From the IMG/VR virus record IMGVR_UViG_3300024999_000053, positions 32,001 to 96,000 of that record: 64,000 nt of DNA; one strand, written 5' to 3'. Shown in pieces: positions 49,621-58,927 of this stretch (position 1 is its first letter; the number at the start of each line of letters is the position of its first letter). The position numbers and the translations under genes are program-made. The DNA comes from a virus. Under the pieces are notes generated by a model. It had not been told where the DNA came from. It was given only the letters and a program-made list of their open reading frames with translations, and ran no database searches.

Positions 49621-49691
49621 GCTTATTTCATCCGACCCGAACACATAAACATTTTGTCAAAAAAGATATATACATGTTGATAACTTTTTAT

Positions 49692-49753
49692 GCTATAATA
49701 TTCCTGTGGATAATTTAATTTATTAGAAGGAGAATTGTATCAACCTGTCGAAT
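49692..49753 (+). promoter_or_regulatory. rep promoter region: extended -10, DnaA box, SigH-like promoter overlapping a Spo0A box
   Basis: TGCTATAAT; TGTGGATAA at 49705-49713; AGGA-N18-GAAT at 49728-49753; TGTCGAA at 49746-49752. Confidence 0.5.
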
Positions 49754-50010
49754 ATATAACTTAATCAAATTAACTCAATAAAATGCAAAAACACCTGACC
49801 TCTTGCAAAGATCAAGTGTTTTCTGGCAAAATGTTCTCACCAACATTAAGCTTTTAGTTCTTAAAGATATTGTACCCTAAGTTTAAGATAGAATCAAGTA
49901 TAAACTTAGTGAATAATTTAGTAAGATTGCTAAAGTTAGTAGTTGGTGCAGAGATGTACATGCTACTAACTTTTTTATTGAGTAAGGTTATTAAAATTTA
50001 ATAGGTAATG

Positions 50011-50091
50011 AAAAAATCTCCTAGTTAGTGCTTGAGTTGTGGCGACACATCACTAAACTAGGAGACCCCTGAAGACTCGTATTGAATTCTT
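50011..50091 (-). ncRNA. Candidate countertranscript (ctRNA) controlling rep
   Basis: Minus-strand TTTACA-17-TAAAAT (50126-50098); long hairpin at 50017-50066 followed by T6 on the minus strand. Confidence 0.55.
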
Positions 50092-50182
50092 TAAGTCATT
50101 TTATCATGATTTTAAAAATTTGTAAACAGTCTTCAGCATCGCTACGCTCATTTTTTGAAAATGCTGAAAGAAGGTTTTAATC

Positions 50183-50896
50183 ATGGATCTAATTATTCCT
50201 AACGAATTACCAATTGTTGTTCAACCTACTGTAGTTAATGTTTTTGGTCAGACCCAAGCTGAATTATTATCTCGTTTAAAATACTGGATGAATAGAGCAA
50301 CTAAATATCGTGATGGTTTTCTATGGGTTTATAAGACTGTAAATGATTGGGCCTTAGAACTCAATAAATCAGTCAAGACGATTCAAAGAGCAATTAAGGA
50401 TTTAGAGAATAAGAAAGTTCTTATCTCAGAACAATTTGAATCTAAAGATTGGTATCATGGAAAATCATATAGAATTGATTTAGATGTATTGTATAAATTA
50501 TTAGGTGTGCCTAAACCTGTGGATAAAAAAAGACAAGATGTCCAAGAAGTTGAACAAAATGTCTCAATCATTACACCTATACCATCAATATCTAATTCTG
50601 TATGTATGGATTCTAAAAATTATGATTGTCAAAAAGAAGAATTTTGGAAAGATGAAGATTGGCCTTTGGTGAAGATATTAGGTGATTGTCGAGTAGATCC
50701 AGATTCCAATTTCGGTGTAACAATAGGTAAAATCTGTAAGGAATTAAAAGTATCATCAGACCAATTGAAAGAAGCACTTTCAATATTATTTAATGCGAAA
50801 TTTCATATTAAGAATCCATTTGGTTTCGTTAAAAAAGTTCTTAGAGATTTTGTTTCAGGAGAAAGTGCCTATTTTAATTATCATTATCAATCATGA
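50183..50896 (+). CDS. HTH replication initiator (Rep)
   Basis: LLSRLKYW...DG..WVYKT..DWA.EL..SVKTIQRAIKDLE...YRID. Internal DnaA box at 50518-50526 and ACAARATGTC repeats at 50533 and 50554. Confidence 0.75.
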   Translation: MDLIIPNELPIVVQPTVVNVFGQTQAELLSRLKYWMNRATKYRDGFLWVYKTVNDWALELNKSVKTIQRAIKDLENKKVLISEQFESKDWYHGKSYRIDLDVLYKLLGVPKPVDKKRQDVQEVEQNVSIITPIPSISNSVCMDSKNYDCQKEEFWKDEDWPLVKILGDCRVDPDSNFGVTIGKICKELKVSSDQLKEALSILFNAKFHIKNPFGFVKKVLRDFVSGESAYFNYHYQS

Positions 50897-51129
50897 AAGG
50901 ATATGTTGAAATGCAAAGACAAAAAACATGGGAACTTAAAGAATGTCAAGATTCATATCAAGAATTAATTGATTCAGTCGAATCAGAAGAAATTCAAGTA
51001 AGTGAAAGAATGAAAGTTATTGCTAAAGAAATAGCAATAACTTCATATTTGAATAATTTAGAACCTAATTTAGAAAATTTCAAGAATAGAGTTGTTAGAG
51101 AAAATAGAGTTATGAATCATAATTATTAG
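50893..51129 (+). CDS. Hypothetical protein coupled to rep
   Basis: ATGA overlap. Confidence 0.55.
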   Translation: MKGYVEMQRQKTWELKECQDSYQELIDSVESEEIQVSERMKVIAKEIAITSYLNNLEPNLENFKNRVVRENRVMNHNY

Positions 51130-51144
51130 ATTTATTAATTAATA

Positions 51145-51516
51145 TCAACCCTCCACAATATCAATGAAAAATTCACCTTGACTATTACCTAATTTTCCAT
51201 CCATTCGACCAAACAGCAATTGTCCACCATTACTATATTTTACAGAACTAACATTTTCACCACAACATTCGCATTTCATATCCTTTGTCATAAATAATCC
51301 ATCATGTGTGGCATCAGGAAACATATCTTTAATAATTTCATTAAATGTTATAATTACTTCTGCTTTTGCTTTTTCAATTGATGAGTAATATTCAGGTTTT
51401 GCAAAAACTCCAGATTCATCTTCATTATTATTTAATTGCACTCCAAATCTCACTTGGTATTTGATGTTGTTAGTATTAGTGGTATTTTTACATTTGAATT
51501 GTTTAATTTTACTCAT
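51145..51516 (-). CDS. Hypothetical protein
   Basis: GAAGGA RBS. Confidence 0.6.
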   Translation of the reverse strand: MSKIKQFKCKNTTNTNNIKYQVRFGVQLNNNEDESGVFAKPEYYSSIEKAKAEVIITFNEIIKDMFPDATHDGLFMTKDMKCECCGENVSSVKYSNGGQLLFGRMDGKLGNSQGEFFIDIVEG

Positions 51517-51623
51517 TTTTTCCTTCTTTCATTGCTTTATTTTTATTATTAACATCCATTCTCACAAACTAAATACCTTTCTGATTCTCTTTTTGATCCC
51601 CCATATCTCCTCGTATTCCACCT

Positions 51624-51974
51624 TTAGAACAAGATTTCCTCTCGACATTCAGGACAAATTCCCTCTTGTTTGCAATATTTTTCATTTTCTGTTTCAAGAT
51701 AGTCATAGAATGCATTTTCATCCAGTATTTCTATAATTGGTATTTCTTTATTAATAAACTTAATCCATATGTCATTTGAAACATCGTACTCAAGGAAGTT
51801 TTCAATGTCATTATCATCATTGCTTTTATTGCGTTCAGATTTTTTAACATTATTTTTTAATGATTGATTATACATATAATCTGCATAATCATTGCATGGG
51901 AAATTACAAGAACTATTCTTTGCCCTATCGCACATATTACACATTTTATGTATTTCCTTATAATCTTCCTTCAT
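51624..51974 (-). CDS. Cys-rich hypothetical protein, 3' end probably frameshifted
   Basis: CNMC, CPEC. Alternative frames continue to LVCENGC near 51550. Confidence 0.5.
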   Translation of the reverse strand: MKEDYKEIHKMCNMCDRAKNSSCNFPCNDYADYMYNQSLKNNVKKSERNKSNDDNDIENFLEYDVSNDIWIKFINKEIPIIEILDENAFYDYLETENEKYCKQEGICPECREEILF

Positions 51975-52012
51975 TTATTTCTCCTTTATTTATTATATAG
52001 TAATTTGTTTTA

Positions 52013-52440
52013 TTAAATATTTGGCAAGTAATAATCAACGATATATCTTACTGCTTCTTCTAATGTTTCGCATCTTTTTGTAATACACAATTCCATCCAA
52101 GGATGACTTTTATTTTTACCAAATCCAATAACTGGCTTATCCCATACATCATGTGCCATACAAATTTCCATTGCAGTGCCAATACTATCAGAAAAATCAA
52201 GATTTACTATAGTTAAATCGCTTCTTTTTACCATTTGTAAGTCAAATTTTTAACTTCTGATTCGGTATATGTATTTGGATTCATTTCAAAATTATAATAT
52301 CCCACAGGATTGATTGTGTGTATTTGATTATCAGAAGATATTCTTAGTAATCTTTCTGCTTTTAATCTCCAAGAATTCATTTCTTCTAATGTTAGTCCAC
52401 TCATTTTTCCTGCTATGTAAATGGTAAATTTATTATTCAT
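52013..52440 (-). CDS. Nucleoside 2-deoxyribosyltransferase-like protein split by a 1-nt frameshift
   Basis: IYIAGKM...WR...INP joins FDLQMVKRSD...SIGTAMEI...KPVI after a -1 shift near 52250. Confidence 0.75.
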
Positions 52441-52443
52441 TTA

Positions 52444-53013
52444 TCAACATTCTCCAATCTTCTCTAAAATATATTCTACACAAAGCTCAAAATCATAGTT
52501 TTTAACCATATAATCTACTTCTTGATTGACTATTTCATATGTGAATTTTTCTTCATCATCTGATTTCCTTCTATTCCATTCCGTTTGATCAAATCCATCC
52601 CTATTAATTGCTCTTTGTTTTCTAGTTGGTTCATTTACATCAATGAAAAATGATATGATATTGTCTTTGAAATATTTCTTGAGTTCGATTAATCCTAACA
52701 AATCGAGGACTACTATGTAACTATGTTTTGATAAATCAATGCTGTTTTTGCTGACTCCATAAAACCATGTGTCTTTTTCCCCTCCAACTAAGGTATTGTA
52801 TTTTCTACATTCAATAAATTCTTCTTTCTCAATCATATCTTCAAATTGTTTTCTTGTAATGAAATGATACGGATTCCCTTCTGATTCATTGGGACGCATA
52901 CTTCTAGAAGTATGCGATACTACCATAGAATAATTGTAATTATCTGATATATATTTTGTGATTGTATCTTTACCAGCCCCACTAAAAGCACAAATTACTA
53001 CAAGGTGATTCAA
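52444..53013 (-). CDS. gmk: Guanylate kinase
   Basis: SGAGKDT, VSHTSRSMRPNESEG.PYHF, FIE, YG. Confidence 0.9.
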   Translation of the reverse strand: MNHLVVICAFSGAGKDTITKYISDNYNYSMVVSHTSRSMRPNESEGNPYHFITRKQFEDMIEKEEFIECRKYNTLVGGEKDTWFYGVSKNSIDLSKHSYIVVLDLLGLIELKKYFKDNIISFFIDVNEPTRKQRAINRDGFDQTEWNRRKSDDEEKFTYEIVNQEVDYMVKNYDFELCVEYILEKIGEC

Positions 53014-53014
53014 A

Positions 53015-53641
53015 TTACTTCACCTCGATATCATCAAAAATTACAGGTATTTTACTTTTTAATTCTTCTAATAGCATAATAGCAACTTCACGCATTTGTG
53101 GGTGTGCTACCTTTGCTGTTCTTAATCTAAAGAAGTGTCTTAATTCTCTAAGATTCATAGTAACAACAATTTCGGTCTTTAATGAATTAGGCAATACTGA
53201 ACGTGCTTCTTGAGGACTTGCTCCTAATGCTAGTAATTCAAAATATGTAATTTCTGCTTGTAAACATCCAATTCTCCAAGATTGATATAATTTAGAATCC
53301 TCATCCCAAAACAAAGGTTTAATAACTGTAATTTCTTTACCAAATTTCTCTTGATTATAATTACAATATCTGGTGCTTTCTTGAGCATAGGAAGCAATTC
53401 TATGTCTCACAATTTCATGTGTAACGCCTCTATCGCAGATGAACTTAACTGAGATATTAAAATGTTCAATCATAGCCTCATGGCCTCTTTTAATTAGGTC
53501 TGCAACGAATTTTTTAGATGAGTCTGGAGTAATTTTGTCTTCACTTTTATAACAGGTTCTTCCTACTATTTCAATATGTTTAAGAATTTCATATCCATTG
53601 ACTTGATCTAATATTTCTACACTTGCATTAATAATTTTCAT
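53015..53641 (-). CDS. thyX: FAD-dependent thymidylate synthase
   Basis: GHEAMIEH, THEIVRHRIASYAQESTRY, ARSVLP, AHPQMR. Confidence 0.95.
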   Translation of the reverse strand: MKIINASVEILDQVNGYEILKHIEIVGRTCYKSEDKITPDSSKKFVADLIKRGHEAMIEHFNISVKFICDRGVTHEIVRHRIASYAQESTRYCNYNQEKFGKEITVIKPLFWDEDSKLYQSWRIGCLQAEITYFELLALGASPQEARSVLPNSLKTEIVVTMNLRELRHFFRLRTAKVAHPQMREVAIMLLEELKSKIPVIFDDIEVK

Positions 53642-53667
53642 TTAATTATTCCTTCTTTCATTTTTAA

Positions 53668-54168
53668 TTAAAATTTAATCTTATCATATATCCCTTTAAA
53701 CCTATAAATGCATTGATGTCTATGGGTACATTCTCCACAATTTCTATGATAAAAATCTAACTGCGAGTAGCATGATAAACGGTTCTTATAAGGAACATAT
53801 CCATTTTCAATAACTTTTAATTCTTCATCTGACATTTCAACATTGTCTTCTGATTCATTTTCATTTTGTGATAATTCTAATTCATATTGTTCAGGGGTTC
53901 TTAAAAAACCATAAACAACAGATTCAATTATCTTTCCATCATCAAACTTTACAATATAATAATCTGTAGTTTTCTTTTTCATGTTTCTTTTTATAATAGT
54001 ACATTCCAGACCTCTATAGTCACTAACCAATCCTAAAAATATAACTCTATCATCTATATTAAATTCATATTCTTTTACAATAGATGATGTTTCATCATAT
54101 TTATCTTGCTTTTTAGGCTTGCTTGATGTTTGACTTAATAAACTTTTACCCTTCGCTATAACTTTCAC
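53668..54168 (-). CDS. Hypothetical protein (SH3/KOW-like + Cys cluster)
   Basis: ORF preceded by TTGACT-17-TATAAT at 54243-54215. Confidence 0.6.
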   Translation of the reverse strand: MKVIAKGKSLLSQTSSKPKKQDKYDETSSIVKEYEFNIDDRVIFLGLVSDYRGLECTIIKRNMKKKTTDYYIVKFDDGKIIESVVYGFLRTPEQYELELSQNENESEDNVEMSDEELKVIENGYVPYKNRLSCYSQLDFYHRNCGECTHRHQCIYRFKGIYDKIKF

Positions 54169-54272
54169 ATCCTTTACAATTTATTTACTTCATATGTATT
54201 CCTTCCAAAAATAATTATATCTCAATTCATTCACAAAGTCAAAATAATTATTTATGTATTTGTACTTACAAA

Positions 54273-54587
54273 TCAATACTGAGTAAAACCAATAACCCTA
54301 TCATCCACCCAATTGTCACCTTCTGGCAAATAAATATTAATCAATGCATCTTCATTGCGATGCATACTTAAACAATTATTATCAAATGCATCAATTTCAA
54401 ATTTTTCAAAATAAATTTTTATATTTTCATTAATGGTTAAAATATCAAAACAACTATTGCTTTGAATTCTAGCATCATTTATAACCAATTTAATTTTAGA
54501 TAACAAATTGCCATCTGATGCTGATTCAATTGTAATGGGTTTATTTAATGTTTTTGCCATAAAAAATTCTAAATCAAAATCTTTCAT
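54273..54587 (-). CDS. Hypothetical protein
   Basis: GGAGGA RBS. Confidence 0.6.
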   Translation of the reverse strand: MKDFDLEFFMAKTLNKPITIESASDGNLLSKIKLVINDARIQSNSCFDILTINENIKIYFEKFEIDAFDNNCLSMHRNEDALINIYLPEGDNWVDDRVIGFTQY

Positions 54588-54600
54588 TATGTAATTCCTC

Positions 54601-54822
54601 CTATTCTACTTCAGAAACCTTTTTCATCTCTAAGTCATTAGGGATAAACACAATTTTACCAGTAATATCATTTCTAATCATTTCTGCTAATTCTGCAATG
54701 TATTGAGGACGATATTTAATTTGATCATATCTGAATAATAAAAACTCATTTTCTTTTAGATTTACAGTTTGAATATTGTCAATAATATATTTAATTTTCT
54801 TTTTATTTTGTCTTTTATTCAT
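54601..54822 (-). CDS. Hypothetical protein
   Basis: GAGGAGG RBS. Confidence 0.6.
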   Translation of the reverse strand: MNKRQNKKKIKYIIDNIQTVNLKENEFLLFRYDQIKYRPQYIAELAEMIRNDITGKIVFIPNDLEMKKVSEVE

Positions 54823-54944
54823 ATTTCATTCCTCCTCAAATTTGCCATATATAAGCCTTCGTAAATCAATCCTCAACACAATCTTCTCACCCTAACAAAA
54901 TTAAAACTCATTCTACACACCATTCTGTCGCTCACAAAGCATTT

Positions 54945-55148
54945 CTACTTCAATAAGTCAGGTTCATTTAATAAATCATGAGCGACCTTAATGATTTGTC
55001 TCAAAATAATATCACACTCGTTAAAATCTTTACCTTTAAAATCTGTAATTAAAAATTCCATCATTCTGTCATAATGTTTTGCCTCAAGTTCTTTATTTGT
55101 TAAAATTTCTTTGTTTAATATATTTACATTATTTCTCATATTAATCAA
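54945..55148 (-). CDS. Hypothetical protein
   Basis: AAGGAG RBS. Confidence 0.5.
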   Translation of the reverse strand: MINMRNNVNILNKEILTNKELEAKHYDRMMEFLITDFKGKDFNECDIILRQIIKVAHDLLNEPDLLK

Positions 55149-55247
55149 TCTCCTTTAAGTTTATTTATTTATTTCATAAAATGTTGGCAAAGTGAAATAA
55201 GAATTATATTTTCTATTGCTTATTTCACTTTGCATTTTAATTCATGT

Positions 55248-55448
55248 TTATGTAACGACAATCTTTCTTATAAATAATGGTCGAGTTTCAAATCTTCTGG
55301 TGCTAGTAGGGTCGTAACAACTGCATTTATTACATGGACAATTTATACAGTCAGTAATAGAACCAAAATATTCTAAACTCATTTTTGAAAATTTCCAATT
55401 TACACAATCTGTACAGGTAATACGTTCATCTTTATCCATGATAATCAC
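55248..55448 (-). CDS. Cys-rich hypothetical protein
   Basis: CTDC, CINCPC. Confidence 0.5.
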   Translation of the reverse strand: MIIMDKDERITCTDCVNWKFSKMSLEYFGSITDCINCPCNKCSCYDPTSTRRFETRPLFIRKIVVT

Positions 55449-55485
55449 ATCCTTTCTTTAATATTATTTAGATTTTTTTACAACA

Positions 55486-55707
55486 TTATCTTAAACCTAA
55501 TTCTCTTTGCAACATACTAACTTCACCTTCTAATTCAAAGATTTGCTTTTGCAATTCTTCTCTTGTATCACCATAGTTTAACTCATTATCTAATTCCTCA
55601 AATAAATTATCTAATTCTTCACCTTTAAGATAAATTGAAGAAAACCCATCAAATTCTACAATCCTATCTCTATTGTTTTGATATGGATTAATAATTTTTA
55701 TATCCAT
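55486..55707 (-). CDS. Hypothetical protein
   Basis: GAAAGGAAG RBS before MDIKII. Confidence 0.55.
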   Translation of the reverse strand: MDIKIINPYQNNRDRIVEFDGFSSIYLKGEELDNLFEELDNELNYGDTREELQKQIFELEGEVSMLQRELGLR

Positions 55708-55935
55708 TTTATTTCTTCCTTTCATATCCGATAAATTTTATCTTCTATTTGCCGAACTCCTCATATGTTTCCCAAATCATGTCTATTACATCTCTCCGTA
55801 TTTCTTCTTCGCTATAACCAGAACTGAGTACACCTTTTCATTTATTTTTGTAATTAAAAACTCAATAAAACCTCTTATTCCTATAGACATTTTATATCCC
55901 CCTTTTCTAATTATCCTTAAAACATTTCTTTAAAG

Positions 55936-56178
55936 CTAATAATTTTTATGCTGTATGTCTTCATCTTTTATATTAAATCTGTTTTTAATTACATCTAACA
56001 TTAGAAAAGAATGTGCAAGTTCTTCAGTTAAATCGTCTATTGAGAATTTTTTACTACATCTTAGAAATCTTGTTAATACTTTTGTAACTTCACTCATTTC
56101 CTCAATTGTACAATAAATAGCATCATTTATGTCTTTTTCGGTTTCCAATCTTTTTTGAAGTGTTTTTAATTCTTTCAT
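55936..56178 (-). CDS. MazG-like nucleotide pyrophosphatase-fold protein
   Basis: IEEMSEV...LTEELAH. Confidence 0.55.
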   Translation of the reverse strand: MKELKTLQKRLETEKDINDAIYCTIEEMSEVTKVLTRFLRCSKKFSIDDLTEELAHSFLMLDVIKNRFNIKDEDIQHKNY

Positions 56179-56230
56179 TGATTTTATTCCTTTCTTTTTT
56201 AATACAACGAAATAGGTTTTTCGAGGGATA

Positions 56231-56509
56231 TTATTTTTCTGCTTTATACATATCTACTAATTCTGATCTAAATAAGTCTAATTTTTTTAAAGCATATTCT
56301 AATAATTCCCCATCTTCAAAATCTTCTTCTCTACAATATTTACAACTCCTATAAACATCGCTGTCTTTATTCTCTTCTTCGTTTCTCCATCCATCTTCTT
56401 CAGCACATTCATCTGAACACCATTTTCTACCGCAATCACAACTTACATAATAACCACATTCACAAGTTGACTCACCACATACATCGCAATCAAAGAAATC
56501 TACACTCAT
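56231..56509 (-). CDS. Cys-rich zinc-finger protein
   Basis: CDVCG..C.CG..C.CG..CS..C..CKYC. Confidence 0.65.
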   Translation of the reverse strand: MSVDFFDCDVCGESTCECGYYVSCDCGRKWCSDECAEEDGWRNEEENKDSDVYRSCKYCREEDFEDGELLEYALKKLDLFRSELVDMYKAEK

Positions 56510-56534
56510 TTTAATTTCCTTCTTTCTTTTATTT

Positions 56535-57041
56535 CTAAAACAACTTTTTAGCATCTTCAACGACTAATTTATTTTGATAAATTTTCTCAAAACCATTCTT
56601 TAATTCTGGAAGAAAATAGTGTGTTTGTGGATAAGTTGTTTTCAATTCAAAATTACCTTCTGCATAATCAATAAAGTCCAAATATTTTTTAATAAAATTA
56701 GAATCACAATTATCAAAACATGTATTTATAAAAAATTTTGTATTTACAATTTCTGCTATTGATTTTAAGAATAACATTATTGAATCAGTAAGTTCCTCAT
56801 TTGTTTCTATTCTATCTGGATTTTCTTGTTTAGTTTTATTTACGTATTCGGTTATTTCACCATATGCTTTCTGATAACCATTAATTTCTCCTTTCTCAAA
56901 ACCAATATTATATCCTTCGGTTTGACCATTTTTAAATCCTAGTTTTTGTCCAGTCTCTGCTCCTTTAGCGTACCCTTGGTCATATCCTAATTGTAATATT
57001 TTGTTGTAAAATTTAGAGATAGGATTGAATATTGTAATCAA
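56535..57041 (-). CDS. Hypothetical protein with GxxxG repeats
   Basis: GYDQGYAKGAETGQKLGFKNGQTEGY. Confidence 0.6.
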   Translation of the reverse strand: MITIFNPISKFYNKILQLGYDQGYAKGAETGQKLGFKNGQTEGYNIGFEKGEINGYQKAYGEITEYVNKTKQENPDRIETNEELTDSIMLFLKSIAEIVNTKFFINTCFDNCDSNFIKKYLDFIDYAEGNFELKTTYPQTHYFLPELKNGFEKIYQNKLVVEDAKKLF

Positions 57042-57045
57042 CTCC

Positions 57046-57510
57046 TTAATTTAATCTCATTCCCCAACACTTATATTCTTTTTTATTCATCTCGTTTCCA
57101 TTTAATAATACATTTATGTAATTATCATCTAGAATTTCTGTGACAATTCCCATTTTATGATTGTAATAAACCTCATCATCAATTTTAAAATCAAAATCAG
57201 TTAAATAGTAATTTAGATAATTATATCTCTCACAAAATTTATTTAATTCATCATATGTAATAATTTCACACTTTTTATTATATTGGTTAAAAGAAAAAGT
57301 AATTGTTGTTTGTGATAATTCGAATATATACTTTTCTAGTTTACTGTCAGTTTCTCTTTTAATATCTAAAATTTCTAAATCAAATTTCTTTCTGAAGTTT
57401 TCTATAACCGTGAAAATAGAATCAATTGATCTCATAGCATGATAATCATTATTCATTTCAATGGTTTCGTTAAACATTTCCCATCTTCCTTTCTTAGTTT
57501 GGATAATCAT
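57046..57510 (-). CDS. Hypothetical protein
   Basis: ORF in the gene array. Confidence 0.55.
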   Translation of the reverse strand: MIIQTKKGRWEMFNETIEMNNDYHAMRSIDSIFTVIENFRKKFDLEILDIKRETDSKLEKYIFELSQTTITFSFNQYNKKCEIITYDELNKFCERYNYLNYYLTDFDFKIDDEVYYNHKMGIVTEILDDNYINVLLNGNEMNKKEYKCWGMRLN

Positions 57511-57521
57511 TATTTCTTGGA

Positions 57522-57818
57522 TTATATCACATCTTTTCTTATATATTCATTAATAATACTCTTTAAATCACTCTCAATTTCATTATTCCAAAACCAAATA
57601 GGAGTATTAAATTTAACTTCACAATAATCATATCTTTCACACCACTCACAATCATGCATAGACTGAGCAGTACCTAGTGGTTCATGTTCTATATTACCTT
57701 GATTGATGTAATAATTACATCCAGACCATTTATAGTTCTTTTCTTGTGGGTGATGATTAAAATAATCGGCATTAATGGCATCTAACTCTTCTTGTGTGGT
57801 AATTTTATATAATTTCAA
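57522..57818 (-). CDS. Hypothetical protein
   Basis: AAGGAG RBS. Confidence 0.55.
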   Translation of the reverse strand: MKLYKITTQEELDAINADYFNHHPQEKNYKWSGCNYYINQGNIEHEPLGTAQSMHDCEWCERYDYCEVKFNTPIWFWNNEIESDLKSIINEYIRKDVI

Positions 57819-57845
57819 TATTAATTTTCTCCTTTTTTGATTTAT

Positions 57846-58223
57846 TTAATTTTCAAATTTTTCTTTAAGTTTTAAATATATCTCATATTCTTTATCAACT
57901 TCACTCTTTATCTCCCTATTCCAACATTCGCTACAGATTCTATATTCTTTAAGAAATTCTTTTTCAAATTGTTCTTTGCTATCATAATCTTCTAATTTAA
58001 TAGTTTCATGATTTGCTTCTTGATATTTACATTCACCTTTTTTATTCTTTGATTTGAAGGCTATTTCAAATCCTGTGCCAATTAAACAGTCAAAATACAT
58101 AGGACAATAATCATAAATTAATAATTTGTCTCCTAAATCATTTTCTCCACTTCTCCATTTTAGAAAGTCTGATTCTTTATCATTCGCAAGGACATATTCC
58201 CATAGTTTTATTTCAATCACCAT
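57846..58223 (-). CDS. Hypothetical protein
   Basis: ORF in the array, CSECWN. Confidence 0.55.
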   Translation of the reverse strand: MVIEIKLWEYVLANDKESDFLKWRSGENDLGDKLLIYDYCPMYFDCLIGTGFEIAFKSKNKKGECKYQEANHETIKLEDYDSKEQFEKEFLKEYRICSECWNREIKSEVDKEYEIYLKLKEKFEN

Positions 58224-58229
58224 TCTTTC

Positions 58230-58907
58230 CTACAATAAAATTCCAACACTAAAATCAGCATAATATGTTATTGTTCCTTGTTTATTATCTTCACACCATT
58301 TGTCTAATAATGATTGAAGTTCTTTTTGGTCTTCATCTGAGATATTGTCCATAGCATCTTCATGTAAATCACTACAAGCATCTTCAATAATATCAGAGGC
58401 ATCAATAGATAATTCCATTATATATGTGCCATAAATCCACAAATCACATTTAGATATATAATCATGCTCTTCTAAATATTCTTCTATTTCTTCAGGAGAT
58501 AAATATTTATCATAATTATCAATATAGACCATTTCATAATCTTTGCATGCTTGTTCATATGATATTTTCGTTGCTTTATTCCATACTTCTAAATCTTTTT
58601 GCCATAATTCCTCTTCTCTTTTCCATCTTGCTTCATCGCAATTACATTGTGATGTACCTCTATCAAGAATTTCTCCACAATGTAAGCATTTACTTTGCAC
58701 TCCATTATAACAATGATTACAACCTACAATAGTTTGTTGTTTATATGGAAAATGAATTTTACTATTTTCTTCTTTAAGGCCAAAAGGACTATCATCTACT
58801 TGAAGCCCTGTGCCTCCACAGTGAGAGCAGATAACTTCATGTTCTTGTAAGTCTTTTTGGAGTTTTAGGTTGAATGATACATCAATTTGTTCAGTTCTTA
58901 TTGTCAT
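58230..58907 (-). CDS. Hypothetical protein with DnaJ-type zinc motifs
   Basis: CSHCGGTG, CNHCYNG, CLHCG. Confidence 0.65.
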   Translation of the reverse strand: MTIRTEQIDVSFNLKLQKDLQEHEVICSHCGGTGLQVDDSPFGLKEENSKIHFPYKQQTIVGCNHCYNGVQSKCLHCGEILDRGTSQCNCDEARWKREEELWQKDLEVWNKATKISYEQACKDYEMVYIDNYDKYLSPEEIEEYLEEHDYISKCDLWIYGTYIMELSIDASDIIEDACSDLHEDAMDNISDEDQKELQSLLDKWCEDNKQGTITYYADFSVGILL

Positions 58908-58927
58908 TTATTTATTTTACTCCTTTA

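Noticed and set aside
49930-49980. c-di-GMP-II riboswitch (GTTAGTAG..TGCA)
   Set aside because: The remaining conserved elements are absent, and the sequence is explained as a terminator hairpin
52240-52260. Programmed -1 frameshift at A_AAT_TTG in the NDT-like gene
   Set aside because: Several neighbouring genes have similar homopolymer indels and no stimulatory structure is evident, so error or decay is simpler
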